A stretch of DNA of 63,068 nucleotides, filler included. It is 6 parts of 6 records of this genome, joined end to end, with 100 filler letters (N's around TTAATTAATTAA, not from the genome) between each part and the next. Parts side by side here need not be neighbours in the genome. Positions count along the whole stretch, not along the records: positions 6,503 to 12,243 come from SRR31156797_16269; positions 12,344 to 24,007 come from SRR31156797_16271; 4 more parts are not named here. One strand, written 5' to 3'. Position numbers and translations under genes: made by a program. This document shows, in pieces, positions 8,348-18,444 of this stretch. Under the pieces are notes generated by a model. It saw nothing but the letters and a program-made list of their open reading frames with translations. It made no database searches and was not told the origin of the DNA. The first letter of the stretch is position 1. Every line of letters starts with the position of its first letter.

Positions 8348-11047
8348 ATGAGTGAATCGTGTCCGAAATGCTCCACGTCTCTTTCCCAGGACGGGACATG
8401 CCCGCGGTGTAGTGCCGCCAATGCCCCGACAGAGCCACTCCCCGCCTCCGACATTCAGTCCGTTGATTTCCGTGACGCGTTCGGCGACGGAGCCTACTCG
8501 TTCGGTCTCGACATTGGTGATCAGACCGAATCGACGGTCTCGCCCCGCACCGGACTCTGGGGAGCCAATCGTGTTGAAGAAGGCCAGATCCTCGGCGACT
8601 TCCAGATCCTCGGAACCATCGGCCATGGAGGAATGGGGATTGTGTTCAAAGCGAAACAGCAATCCCTCAATCGCATCGTCGCCCTGAAAGTTCTGGCTGC
8701 CTTCACGAGACCGGGGCACTCAGCGGTCAGCCGCTTCCGCAAGGAAGCTCACGCGGCCGCCCGTCTGCATCATACGAATATCGTCGCGATCCACGCCCAC
8801 GGCGAACACGATGGCCACTACTACTACGCCATGGAACTGATCGATGGCACCAGCCTGGATCAGGCTCTCCACACGAACCTGCAACTGCAGTTCGACCAGG
8901 AGAAAAAGCGTGAACACGACGTTGCTGCGGTACCACGGTCCCTGGACGATTATCGTCGGTTCGCCCGTTTAATCGCAGATGTGGCCGACGGACTGGAGTA
9001 TGCTCATCAGGCAGGCGTCATCCATCGCGACATCAAGCCTCAGAACATTCTCCTGGGCAGGGAACAGAGGCTTCACATCACGGACTTCGGGCTTGCCCAT
9101 CTGCAGGACGAACCGCATCTGACGCTCTCCGGCGAGGTGATGGGAACACCCGCGTACATGTCACCCGAGCAGATTCGCCTTGGGATCGGGGGCGTCGACT
9201 GGCGAACGGATATCTACTCTCTCGGGGTTACGCTGTACGAAATTCTGACGCTTAAGCGTCCCTTTGTGGCTGAAAGCCGCGACCAGCTCATCGATGCGAT
9301 CTGTACCCGGGAGCCCGCAAGCCCGAGAAGCCTCGACCGTCGCATCCCTCTCGACCTTGAAACCATCTGCCAGAAGGCAATGGACAAGGAACGCCTGACC
9401 CGATACCAGTCCGCGGGTGATATGGCGGAAGACCTTCGCCGCTTTGCCGATGGTCGTCCGATTCTCAGCCGCCGTACCAGCCGGATCGTCAAAGCCGGTA
9501 AGTGGATGAAACGCCACAAGGCCCTGACCAGTGCGATCTTCGCAACCGTTCTTGTCGTCATCCTGGCCGGTGGTCTGATCCACATGCGACATCGTCATCG
9601 CATCGAACAGGCGAACCTCCTGCAGAAGAAAGCCTATGAAAAACTGGCGTACATCAACCTCCGTGAACCCGGTCCGGATGTGAAGAAAGCAATGGCGACT
9701 GCCAGAAGCCAGGGGGCGGATTCCACACTTACCCTGCTGACCGATGGCCTGGCTCATTCCTACTCGGACAGCGAGAAGGCGATTCAGGCTCTTCAGGAGT
9801 ACATCGGGCAGGAATCCGATCCACAAAAATGCCGGGAAGCACTCTGCGTCCTGGCGCACACCTTCAATATTCACGGTGATAACACCGCCAGTGCCAACGC
9901 CATCCGCAATGCCGAAGCCTATGGCGACCCGACAACTCCCACGGGCTGGTTTTTCTACGGGCTTGCCATCCACTCCAACCGCCCGATCGAGGCGATGGAG
10001 TGTTACCGACGTGCGAATCGTCTTCGCATCAACGACATGTATCCGCAGGCTCTGCTGCACCTGGCCCGTGCACAGAACCAGTTCATGTATATCAACCGGG
10101 ATCTATCCGAGTTTACCGACGCGACCGGGAACCTCCGACAACTCGTTCGGGCGGAGATGTACAAAGCGTATCCCTACTACCTGCTCTCGATCGCCTACCG
10201 ACTGGCCGCAGAAGTCGACCAGGTTTCGGACAATCCACTGGACCGCCAGCGAGCCGAAAGCCGTCTGCAGGAGGCGTTGAAGTGGGCACGCGATGGGCAG
10301 GATCCCGACATCGATCCCGAAGACGACCGACCCATCACCGCCGAAGCCGAAGCCCTGGAAACCGCCGGGCGGTATGAAGAAGCCATCGAAGCCAGGAACC
10401 GCGCGATGACCATCTCGCGCCGTAACAAAAACTCTCTGAACGTCTGGGAAGGATACCACTACCGCTGGCGGCTGTATTACTGGCTGGATCGCCACCGGGA
10501 CGCTCTCTCTGATCTTGATGCACTGGAAACATTTGATTCCAACAGCCCATTCTACTCCACGATCTACCGGGCTCTCGTACTGGAAGCAGCAGGCGACCAC
10601 GAACGCGCCATCACGTTGACACGATCCCTTGCCGGCAATCCGCCCGAAGATGCCATGAATGTCATCTGGGAAGCGACCCTGCTCAGACTTCTCGATGCAT
10701 CCGGGGAAGCGGATCATCTGCTTTCGATTCATGCTCCGACGGTTCGATATAACACTGGGGCGGACGATTTCCAGACAGCCACATGGCTGCGTGAGCTTTA
10801 CTCTCTTGTATCCGGGCAGAGATCGGTGGATGAGGTGGATGCCATGAGCGATTCCGCCACGGTCTCACGCCGCCGCAACGGCGAAAAATTCTTCCATGCC
10901 GCAGTTCTCGAACTAAGCCGGAACAACCGCGACCAGGCCATCCAGCTTCTCGAACGTGCCCGACAGACCTTCGATGGCGAAAACCGGTACACGTTCCATG
11001 CGAAAGTGCTGTCCGTGAAGTTGAACCAGGATCACCCGGTTGAATAA
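8348..11047 (+). CDS. Hanks-type Ser/Thr protein kinase with N-terminal CxxC-x9-CxxC, one TM helix and TPR-like C-terminus
   Basis: GHGGMGIV, VALK, HRDIKPQN, DFG, GTPAYMSPEQ and DIYSLG motifs; hydrophobic AIFATVLVVILAGGLI; TPR-like helices. Confidence 0.93.
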   Translation: MSESCPKCSTSLSQDGTCPRCSAANAPTEPLPASDIQSVDFRDAFGDGAYSFGLDIGDQTESTVSPRTGLWGANRVEEGQILGDFQILGTIGHGGMGIVFKAKQQSLNRIVALKVLAAFTRPGHSAVSRFRKEAHAAARLHHTNIVAIHAHGEHDGHYYYAMELIDGTSLDQALHTNLQLQFDQEKKREHDVAAVPRSLDDYRRFARLIADVADGLEYAHQAGVIHRDIKPQNILLGREQRLHITDFGLAHLQDEPHLTLSGEVMGTPAYMSPEQIRLGIGGVDWRTDIYSLGVTLYEILTLKRPFVAESRDQLIDAICTREPASPRSLDRRIPLDLETICQKAMDKERLTRYQSAGDMAEDLRRFADGRPILSRRTSRIVKAGKWMKRHKALTSAIFATVLVVILAGGLIHMRHRHRIEQANLLQKKAYEKLAYINLREPGPDVKKAMATARSQGADSTLTLLTDGLAHSYSDSEKAIQALQEYIGQESDPQKCREALCVLAHTFNIHGDNTASANAIRNAEAYGDPTTPTGWFFYGLAIHSNRPIEAMECYRRANRLRINDMYPQALLHLARAQNQFMYINRDLSEFTDATGNLRQLVRAEMYKAYPYYLLSIAYRLAAEVDQVSDNPLDRQRAESRLQEALKWARDGQDPDIDPEDDRPITAEAEALETAGRYEEAIEARNRAMTISRRNKNSLNVWEGYHYRWRLYYWLDRHRDALSDLDALETFDSNSPFYSTIYRALVLEAAGDHERAITLTRSLAGNPPEDAMNVIWEATLLRLLDASGEADHLLSIHAPTVRYNTGADDFQTATWLRELYSLVSGQRSVDEVDAMSDSATVSRRRNGEKFFHAAVLELSRNNRDQAIQLLERARQTFDGENRYTFHAKVLSVKLNQDHPVE

Positions 11048-11167
11048 AGGGTGCCTTGAAACGAGAAAACACAAGTATGACACTTCCCCTTTGTGTCTCT
11101 AAAGAACATACTATCATCAGCAACTTGTAGGCTCGTTTATCCGATTGACTCAAGAAGAGCGAACTCA

Positions 11168-12091
11168 ATGTCTCAGGAAGCCCTCTTTGCCCAACACCCT
11201 TTCCTGCTTCTGGAAGCGTCTGTCATCGAACGGATACGCCGAAGCACCCCTGAAATGCTTCACCCGTCTCTTCAGGCGTCGCCGATGGTCTATGATCCGC
11301 GAGGCCGCAGTATTCTTTGTTCGGTTTACGATGAATACATCGCGATTGCCTGCAACGCATCCGTTCCGATCACCCTGTCTACACCCACCTGGCGTGTCGA
11401 CAGAACCCGCGTCGAAAAATGTAAAGTCCCATTCAGCATCAATGAAGATGTTGTCGCCTTCATGAAATCCATCCGTGTCGCTCATTCATCCCAGTCAGAT
11501 TGCTCCATCTACATCAACGGTCTTATGGGCGTCTGCAACGACTGCTACAAACCCGAAGAATCGCTCGACACCACGGAAGCAGAAGAATTCCACGCCTGGC
11601 AGGCTGAGCGACTGGCGGGCAGCGGTGTTGATTTCCTCCTGGCGGCCACCATTCCGTCCGCTCGGGAAGCCCTCGGGATGGCCCGCGCCTTCGCCAGAAC
11701 GAACCTGCCCTGTGTCATCAGCTTCGTTCTGGGTAGGGATGGCAATATCCTGGATGGCACGGCCCCGGAAAAAGCCATCGGTGTAATCGACGATGATCTC
11801 CAGAGCCGGGCTCCCACAGGCTACATGTTTAACTGCTGCTACCCGACCTTCCTGAACACAAAAAACTTCGACCAGGCTCTGCTTACCCGGCTCATCGGCT
11901 TTCAGGCAAACGGATCATCCACCGATCCGCGAGACCTGGATCAGTCTGAAACACTGCAGGAAGAGCCTGTGGAACAATGGGCAAAAGATCTGGTCCGCTT
12001 TCACAAGCAGACGTCAGCCCCTGTTCTCGGCGGTTGCTGTGGGACCGATTGCCGGCATTTAATCGCGATGATCAATCATCTCCAACAATAA
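11168..12091 (+). CDS. Homocysteine S-methyltransferase family protein
   Basis: GVDFLLAAT, Zn ligands in NCC and GGCCG. ATG at 11168 preferred over the GTG at 11093. Confidence 0.88.
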   Translation: MSQEALFAQHPFLLLEASVIERIRRSTPEMLHPSLQASPMVYDPRGRSILCSVYDEYIAIACNASVPITLSTPTWRVDRTRVEKCKVPFSINEDVVAFMKSIRVAHSSQSDCSIYINGLMGVCNDCYKPEESLDTTEAEEFHAWQAERLAGSGVDFLLAATIPSAREALGMARAFARTNLPCVISFVLGRDGNILDGTAPEKAIGVIDDDLQSRAPTGYMFNCCYPTFLNTKNFDQALLTRLIGFQANGSSTDPRDLDQSETLQEEPVEQWAKDLVRFHKQTSAPVLGGCCGTDCRHLIAMINHLQQ

Positions 12092-12243
12092 TGGATGAAA
12101 CCATCAGTGAGGGTATTCCCCGAGACGATTGCCCCATTGAGCAACCTTCGCTTGCCAGAATGGGGGAACCCCGTGATAATCATTGCGTCCCGCCTGCTGA
12201 ACGCTGAAAAAGAAACATCCGTTATCACCAGGGAAGGAGCCCG

Positions 12244-12343
12244 NNNNNNNNNNNNNNNNNNNNNNNNNNNNNNNNNNNNNNNNNNNNTTAATTAATTAAN
12301 NNNNNNNNNNNNNNNNNNNNNNNNNNNNNNNNNNNNNNNNNNN
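12244..12343. other. Artificial contig spacer
   Basis: 44 N + TTAATTAATTAA + 44 N. Confidence 0.99.
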
Positions 12344-12344
12344 A

Positions 12345-13937
12345 AATAACCTTAGTATGCTTGATGTTGCTACCGATGATGCAGTAACCAATAATAAGTT
12401 GAGTGGGTATTTACGATTAGCAACCGGAGAATGGTCGGCTAAGTTTAATCCGCTAAATCAATGGGACGATCAATTGGAAGCAATTGTATATGTAAACCGT
12501 TTTATTGATGAGGTGGTAAATGAGGTTGAATGGAAATGGACCGATAGTGAAATTAATGAGCTGTACGTAAAGCGTTTTACAGGCGAAGCCTATGCTTTAA
12601 GGGCCTTGTTCGAGTATAATTTACTGGTAAATACAGCAGGTTTTGGTTCAAACGGCGAATTATTAGGAATTCCCTTGTATACAACTTTCCCCGAGACCGA
12701 AGAGGAGTTTAATATTCCAAGGGCAAGTTTCTCAAATTCGCTTACGCAAATATATTCCGATATAGATAAAGCACTGGAATATTTAACAATGGACAATTAC
12801 ATTGATATTGACAGTGAAGAGGAATTGCCTTCGGGTTACGAAGGTTACGATGTTTCGAAGTACAACGATGTTTTTGGGCTTAAAGCAAATCAGCGTATTA
12901 ACGGAAGGTTTGCAAAAGCGTTAAGAGCCAGGGTTGCCTTACTGGCTGCTAGTCCGGCCTATTTAAATGGCGAAGGATCATCGTGGAGCGATGCTGCAAA
13001 TTATGCGGCTGACGTGTTGGAAGGTATTGGAGGTATAAGTGGTTTAGATCCTGAAGGGCATATTTTTTATGAAGCATCGGTTATTAGCAAAGTAAATATA
13101 TTAACCGATAATGATCAAGCCGAAATGGTATTGAGGTCTTCAATATCAAATTCCAACGATAGAGAAGAAGACAATTTTCCACCTTCGCTGTTCGGTAATG
13201 GTCTCATTAATCCTTCTCAAAATCTTGTAGATGCTTTTCCAATGGCAAATGGTTATCCAATAAGCCATGCTTCCAGTGGTTTCGACTCTGGAAATCCTTA
13301 TGCTGGAAGAGATCCAAGACTTTCGCTTTATGTAATTTACAATGACAGCAAAATGAAAGAGGATACCATAAGAACCGGCCTTGGTGGAGGGGTTAATGCT
13401 AAAGATTCATTAAGTAATTCTACCCGCACTGGCTATTATGTTCGAAAATTACTTCGAGAAGATGTTAATGTCGATCCTTCCTCTTCAACCACCAAGGAGC
13501 ACTATGAAGCTTATATGCGTTATACCGAGCTATTTCTTATTTACGCTGAAGCTGCTAACGAAGCATGGGGCCCTGATGGAAGTGGAAGTAACTCATTCTC
13601 GGCGCGTGATGTAATTGCTGCTATAAGGGAAAGGGCCGGAATAAGCCAACCCGATAATTATTTGTCGTCATTAAGCAGCAAAGAAGAAATGAGGGAATTA
13701 ATTCGAAATGAAAGAAGGCTTGAGCTTTGTTTTGAAGGATTTAGGTTTTGGGATATCCGAAGATGGAAACTTGATTTAACGGAAAGTGCCCGGGGAGTAA
13801 ATATTGATGCTGAGGATAATTACAACTATGTTGATGTAGAGAGCCGCGCATACGACAACAGTTATATGCATTATGGACCGCTTCCGCATAACGAAGTGCT
13901 GAAGTTTAGTCAACTGATTCAGAATAAGGGATGGTAA
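12345..13937 (+). CDS. susD: RagB/SusD family nutrient uptake lipoprotein, 5'-truncated
   Basis: GEAYALRA, ALRARVALLAASP, GRDPRL, RYTELFLIYAEA, ERRLELCFEGFRFWDIRRW and QNKGW motifs. Confidence 0.95.
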   Translation, partial: NNLSMLDVATDDAVTNNKLSGYLRLATGEWSAKFNPLNQWDDQLEAIVYVNRFIDEVVNEVEWKWTDSEINELYVKRFTGEAYALRALFEYNLLVNTAGFGSNGELLGIPLYTTFPETEEEFNIPRASFSNSLTQIYSDIDKALEYLTMDNYIDIDSEEELPSGYEGYDVSKYNDVFGLKANQRINGRFAKALRARVALLAASPAYLNGEGSSWSDAANYAADVLEGIGGISGLDPEGHIFYEASVISKVNILTDNDQAEMVLRSSISNSNDREEDNFPPSLFGNGLINPSQNLVDAFPMANGYPISHASSGFDSGNPYAGRDPRLSLYVIYNDSKMKEDTIRTGLGGGVNAKDSLSNSTRTGYYVRKLLREDVNVDPSSSTTKEHYEAYMRYTELFLIYAEAANEAWGPDGSGSNSFSARDVIAAIRERAGISQPDNYLSSLSSKEEMRELIRNERRLELCFEGFRFWDIRRWKLDLTESARGVNIDAEDNYNYVDVESRAYDNSYMHYGPLPHNEVLKFSQLIQNKGW

Positions 13938-14056
13938 TTGGTAAATGAATGATAAAAGGTATAATGATGGAACAGACAAGATGGTTTTTACCCAATGCGG
14001 CTAATTAAATTTTGCGAGTTGCTAATTATACCTAAATGAAAAACAATATTAATCAC

Positions 14057-15070
14057 ATGAAAAAAATATTTGGACTATTAATTCTGATTGTTGTTTTGGC
14101 ATCCTGCGAAAACAAGGAAGCTGAGTTTGATGATTTTGAATATACAAGTGCTTATTTCCCTTATCAATTTCCGGTAAGGACATTGATCTTAGGAGATGAC
14201 ATTTATGACAATACGAACGATAATAACCACCTTTTTGTAATATCTGTTGCAATGGGTGGGGTATACGAGAATACGAAGGCCCGGGAGTTTAAATTTGAGA
14301 TAGATGAAAGTTTGTGCGACGATATTCTTTTTAGTACGGACGGCGATACTATCAATATGTTGCCAGTAAATTATTTTACTCTAAGTTCTGAAAATACCAT
14401 AATGATACCTTCGGGAGAACTGCATGGTGGTGTTGAGGTTCAACTTACCGATGCATTTTTTAATGATCCGAATGCTATAAAATTAAACTATGTTGTTCCG
14501 TTAAGGATTACAGAGGCACCGGATATTGACACAGTAATGTCAGGAGAATCATCGATTGCAGATGCCGATCCGCGACTTGCGGATGAATGGGAGGATGCAC
14601 CTATGGATTTTACCATGTTTGCAATTAAATACATTAACGAGTATCACGGAACCTATTTACATTATGGCGAAAGTAATGTACTAAATGCTTCGGGCGAAAA
14701 CATTGAAAATAATGTGTATAGCGAAGAAGACCTTGTAGACAATAGTACTTCGGAACTTTTTACAACGGGTAGGTATCAGGTGCAGTTAAATACCTTTTTG
14801 CAGTCGGACATTATAACAGGGGAGATAAAAATGTTGCTTGATTTTGATGGCGATAATTGTACTATCTCAACAGCAGATGGTTCTGCTTTTCAGGTTACAG
14901 GTGATGGAGTGTTTAAGGCGGATGCTTATGAGTGGGGGAATAAAAGTAGAAATGGTATAGAAATTAACTATACACTTACGGATGGAACCAATACGTATAA
15001 TGCCAACGATGTTTTGGTAATTAGAGACCGTGGGGTAGTATTTGAAACTTATACCCCAGCTACGTTTTAA
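14057..15070 (+). CDS. SusD-associated surface lipoprotein (DUF1735/DUF5627-like)
   Basis: Lipobox LASC; YFPYQFPVRTLILG, QLTDAFFNDP and YVVPLRI motifs; directly after susD. Second Met used as start (upstream ATG at 14036). Confidence 0.8.
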   Translation: MKKIFGLLILIVVLASCENKEAEFDDFEYTSAYFPYQFPVRTLILGDDIYDNTNDNNHLFVISVAMGGVYENTKAREFKFEIDESLCDDILFSTDGDTINMLPVNYFTLSSENTIMIPSGELHGGVEVQLTDAFFNDPNAIKLNYVVPLRITEAPDIDTVMSGESSIADADPRLADEWEDAPMDFTMFAIKYINEYHGTYLHYGESNVLNASGENIENNVYSEEDLVDNSTSELFTTGRYQVQLNTFLQSDIITGEIKMLLDFDGDNCTISTADGSAFQVTGDGVFKADAYEWGNKSRNGIEINYTLTDGTNTYNANDVLVIRDRGVVFETYTPATF

Positions 15071-15241
15071 CTAACTTAAACTCTAAAAAGAAGTACTGGA
15101 ATCTAAAAAAATCAATTACGATCTTTAGTTCATTTGCAAATATATCCTAGGTTTTTGCAAAGTGTAATACTTAGACACACAGCTAGTTAGCTGTTGTGCT
15201 TGGGATTGTATTATCTAATTTATAAACTAAAATTAAAAACA

Positions 15242-16894
15242 ATGAAAAAAAATTTACTTAGCATTTTTGTAATTCTTGCGTTAATCTTTTCTGTAAGTAA
15301 ATTACAAGCACAAACTGAAAAAAAGAAGGTTGCTTATATTACGGCAGATCGCGAATTCATGCTTGGTGCGTCTGAAGTAACAGATGATGCCATAATTAAA
15401 TTGCTTCAAGCTGATGACTTATTTGAAGTTACTGTAATGGCCGTAGCACAGGATTCGGTATTTGACAACTTAGGTGAGTTTGACCTTGCAGTTGTACAGG
15501 AAAGTTTTTACAGTACTGCTGCTATTTTAAAACCTGAAGGATCGGCAGCATTGGCAAAAATTCCAGTTCCGTTTATTTATACCAAAATGTGGGCATTAAA
15601 AACGGGCAGGGCGCTAACCAGTGGCGGTAATAATGGTGGGGCCGAAGCGGCTGGTGTAGCCATTACGGTTGATGCGTCCAATCAATCAAATGAACTATTT
15701 AATGCGATTACTTTTACCGATAATAAGTTTGATATCTTTTTGTCCGGATCTGACGGTAAAGGAGGAGAAGGAGATGTTGCTTTAAACTATGCGGATGGTA
15801 TAAGTTTGTCTGATAAAAATACCTTACTCGGAACTTGTGCTGAAATTACTGAGCCAGATTCAACCATCTTTCTAAATGACTTCCCCTCAGGTAGTCAGGT
15901 AGGTTCTGAAACCCTTGCTGCACGAATGATTGCTATAGGTACAAACTTTGGCGCTGTAATTAAAGACGATGGAAAAAACTTTACCCAAAACGGAATTACG
16001 CTTTGGCGTAATGCATTATACAGTCTTGCCGGATTAACGGTTCCTTCAACACCTGCTGAACTGCCCGACGAGGATGTTGACTTATGTTTTAACATCGATT
16101 TTGGAGCTGGTAGTAATATTACCGATGAACCGGGGTGGAACAACATGTTTATGGAGTCGCTTGAAACCCAGAAAGTAGAGCTAGTAAATTCGCTTGGCGA
16201 CAGTACCGGTATAATGGCTTATTTTCATGATGATATGGCAGGGATTAACTCGGGAGGTACTACAAATCCGCATGAAGACCTTGATTTACCAATAACTGCT
16301 GCATCAGATAATTTGTACTGTAACGGAACTAACCGTACCGCAGGAATCACCTTCGAGAACCTGGATCAGGATTCTGTATATTCATTTGAAATGTTTGCAT
16401 CAAGAATGGGAGCCACGGATAACCGGGAAACCAAATACACCTTTGAGGGGATGAATACCGGAACTGGCTATCTGAATCCTTCTGATAATGATTCGCTTAC
16501 TGCTGTTGTTGAAGGTATTAAACCTAATGCTGAAGGAAAAATAATAATGACCATTGATATCGGTGAAAACCATGAGCAAACCTATTATTATATTTATTTG
16601 GGAGCAATGAGAATTACAATGGGAGGCACACATACGGCTATCAATGATTTCTCGACAGAGGTAGATAGGCTAAAAGTATATCCGGTACCTTTCAGCAATA
16701 AACTAAATATTGCGAATGTTACTTCCAGCAGTCAGGTGTCTGTTTATTCAATTACTGGATCTAAAGTCCTTGAGGTGCAGGCAAGCTCTGATATTGTAGA
16801 GTTAAACACTTCGTCATTACGACCTGGTATTTATACCGTTAGGGTTACTGATGATAGGGCAGTTGTTGGTGCATATAAGGTTATTAAAAAATAA
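15242..16894 (+). CDS. T9SS-secreted protein with two unassigned domains
   Basis: Signal peptide MKKNLL...LQA; C-terminal VYPVPF...GIYTVRV...KVIKK sorting domain. Confidence 0.8.
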   Translation: MKKNLLSIFVILALIFSVSKLQAQTEKKKVAYITADREFMLGASEVTDDAIIKLLQADDLFEVTVMAVAQDSVFDNLGEFDLAVVQESFYSTAAILKPEGSAALAKIPVPFIYTKMWALKTGRALTSGGNNGGAEAAGVAITVDASNQSNELFNAITFTDNKFDIFLSGSDGKGGEGDVALNYADGISLSDKNTLLGTCAEITEPDSTIFLNDFPSGSQVGSETLAARMIAIGTNFGAVIKDDGKNFTQNGITLWRNALYSLAGLTVPSTPAELPDEDVDLCFNIDFGAGSNITDEPGWNNMFMESLETQKVELVNSLGDSTGIMAYFHDDMAGINSGGTTNPHEDLDLPITAASDNLYCNGTNRTAGITFENLDQDSVYSFEMFASRMGATDNRETKYTFEGMNTGTGYLNPSDNDSLTAVVEGIKPNAEGKIIMTIDIGENHEQTYYYIYLGAMRITMGGTHTAINDFSTEVDRLKVYPVPFSNKLNIANVTSSSQVSVYSITGSKVLEVQASSDIVELNTSSLRPGIYTVRVTDDRAVVGAYKVIKK

Positions 16895-16981
16895 GAATTT
16901 CATAGGTAGCTACGGAATAGAACATTTCCGATGAGTAATTTTTAGGATTTGTATCACGTAGTCTAGTTTTAGTATCTTTTA

Positions 16982-17010
16982 AACCTTCCGGGACTGGTTC
17001 CCGGAAGGTT
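16982..17010. terminator. Perfect 12-bp stem-loop (terminator or mRNA stabiliser)
   Basis: AACCTTCCGGGA-CTGGT-TCCCGGAAGGTT; only a weak U tail. Confidence 0.6.
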
Positions 17011-17082
17011 ATTCAAAACTTTTGCACTCAATACAAATCTTCCTTAGGTTCCACTTTTGTCAGGATATTTCAATTAATAATC

Positions 17083-18423
17083 ATGCGCTTAGTAATACTT
17101 TTTTTATTTACTTGTACATCCCTTCTTACAATTCCGGCTTTTAGTGCTCAGGATGAAAAAGTAACGATAGTTGTACTAGGGTCGTCAACAGCTGCAGGGG
17201 CAGGACCTACTTTCAGTTCAAATGCCTGGGTAAACCGTTATCGAAGTTATTTGCAATCAATTAATCAGCAAAACGAGGTAATAAACCTTGCGGTTGGAGG
17301 TTATAAAACATACCAAATAATGCCAACTGGTTTTATTCCCCCATGGGGATCGGTAGATACCGAAAAGAATATTACTAAAGCTTTGAGTTATAATCCTGAT
17401 GCAATTATTATCAATCTTCCCAGTAATGATGCTGTTTCGGGTATTCCGGTAGAAGAACAGTTAAGCAATTATGAGCAGATTTTAGGACTTGCAGATAATG
17501 AGAATATTCCAGTTTGGATAACTACTACACAACCAAGATGGGTATCAAAAACAGCCACACAGAATTTGATGGAAATGAAAGATTCGACCTTTTATTGGTT
17601 TGGAGATAAATCCATTGATTTTTGGAACGGGATTGCAAACGAAGATGGAACCGTAAAATCAAAATACGATAGTGGAGACCATACCCACTTGAATGATGAA
17701 GCACATGGAGTTTTATTTAACAGGATTGTTGATGCACGGATTCTTGAATTTATAACGAATTCTAATTTCCAGGCAGAAGATTATAACCAGGCTACAAATG
17801 TTGAAATAGAAACAGAATATAAACGAAATTCAAACAGAGGATTCGTTAAAATTCAAAAGAAAACGAGCGCATCTGTTTTGTTTAAAGTCAGTGCAAAAAA
17901 TACAACTTCTTTAGATGTGATTTTTAGGCATTCAAATCAAAATGGAACTGTTACGGGGGATTTGTATGTTAACGGTGTTGCTCAATTCAATAAATTACTA
18001 TTCACCCCAACAAAATCTGAAGAAACCTGGGATAAGGTAGCAAGCGAAGTTGAACTTTTGCAAGGTGAGAATACAATTGAAATAAAATTTACCGAACAGG
18101 AAGAAGACATTTTTCTCGATTTTATGGCATGGAACAATGACCTGGTAAGCTACGATATTTCAACTGCGAATAGTTCAATAGCTCAAAAAGAAAAAGAAGT
18201 TGTAGCCTATCCGGTGCCGTTTTGTAATTGCCTTACCCTTAACAATATTCCAGAGAACGCTACAGTTACGCTGTATTCCGTTATGGGTTTAAAAATGATG
18301 GAGACCAAGGTTTTAAACGATAGAACAAACTTGAATACCTCTGAATTTATTCCAGGTGTGTATTTTCTTCAAGTAACAGGGAAAGATTGCGAGACCAAAA
18401 CTTTAAGGCTTGTAAAGAGATAA
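17083..18423 (+). CDS. SGNH/GDSL esterase with CBM35-like module and T9SS sorting domain
   Basis: LGSSTAAG block I, NLAVGG block II, LPSND block III, GDHTHLN block V; beta-rich module with ELLQGENTIEI; AYPVPF C-terminal domain. Confidence 0.82.
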   Translation: MRLVILFLFTCTSLLTIPAFSAQDEKVTIVVLGSSTAAGAGPTFSSNAWVNRYRSYLQSINQQNEVINLAVGGYKTYQIMPTGFIPPWGSVDTEKNITKALSYNPDAIIINLPSNDAVSGIPVEEQLSNYEQILGLADNENIPVWITTTQPRWVSKTATQNLMEMKDSTFYWFGDKSIDFWNGIANEDGTVKSKYDSGDHTHLNDEAHGVLFNRIVDARILEFITNSNFQAEDYNQATNVEIETEYKRNSNRGFVKIQKKTSASVLFKVSAKNTTSLDVIFRHSNQNGTVTGDLYVNGVAQFNKLLFTPTKSEETWDKVASEVELLQGENTIEIKFTEQEEDIFLDFMAWNNDLVSYDISTANSSIAQKEKEVVAYPVPFCNCLTLNNIPENATVTLYSVMGLKMMETKVLNDRTNLNTSEFIPGVYFLQVTGKDCETKTLRLVKR

Positions 18424-18444
18424 TAGAAAAGGCTTTGTAGCAGA

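Noticed and set aside
9161-10732. ORFs of 120-300 aa overlapping the Ser/Thr kinase
   Set aside because: Shadow frames of a GC-rich gene with no independent coding signal.
15133-15161. Two TTTGCAAA palindromes upstream of the first T9SS gene as an operator
   Set aside because: Short AT-rich words in AT-rich DNA; cannot be told from chance without comparative data.
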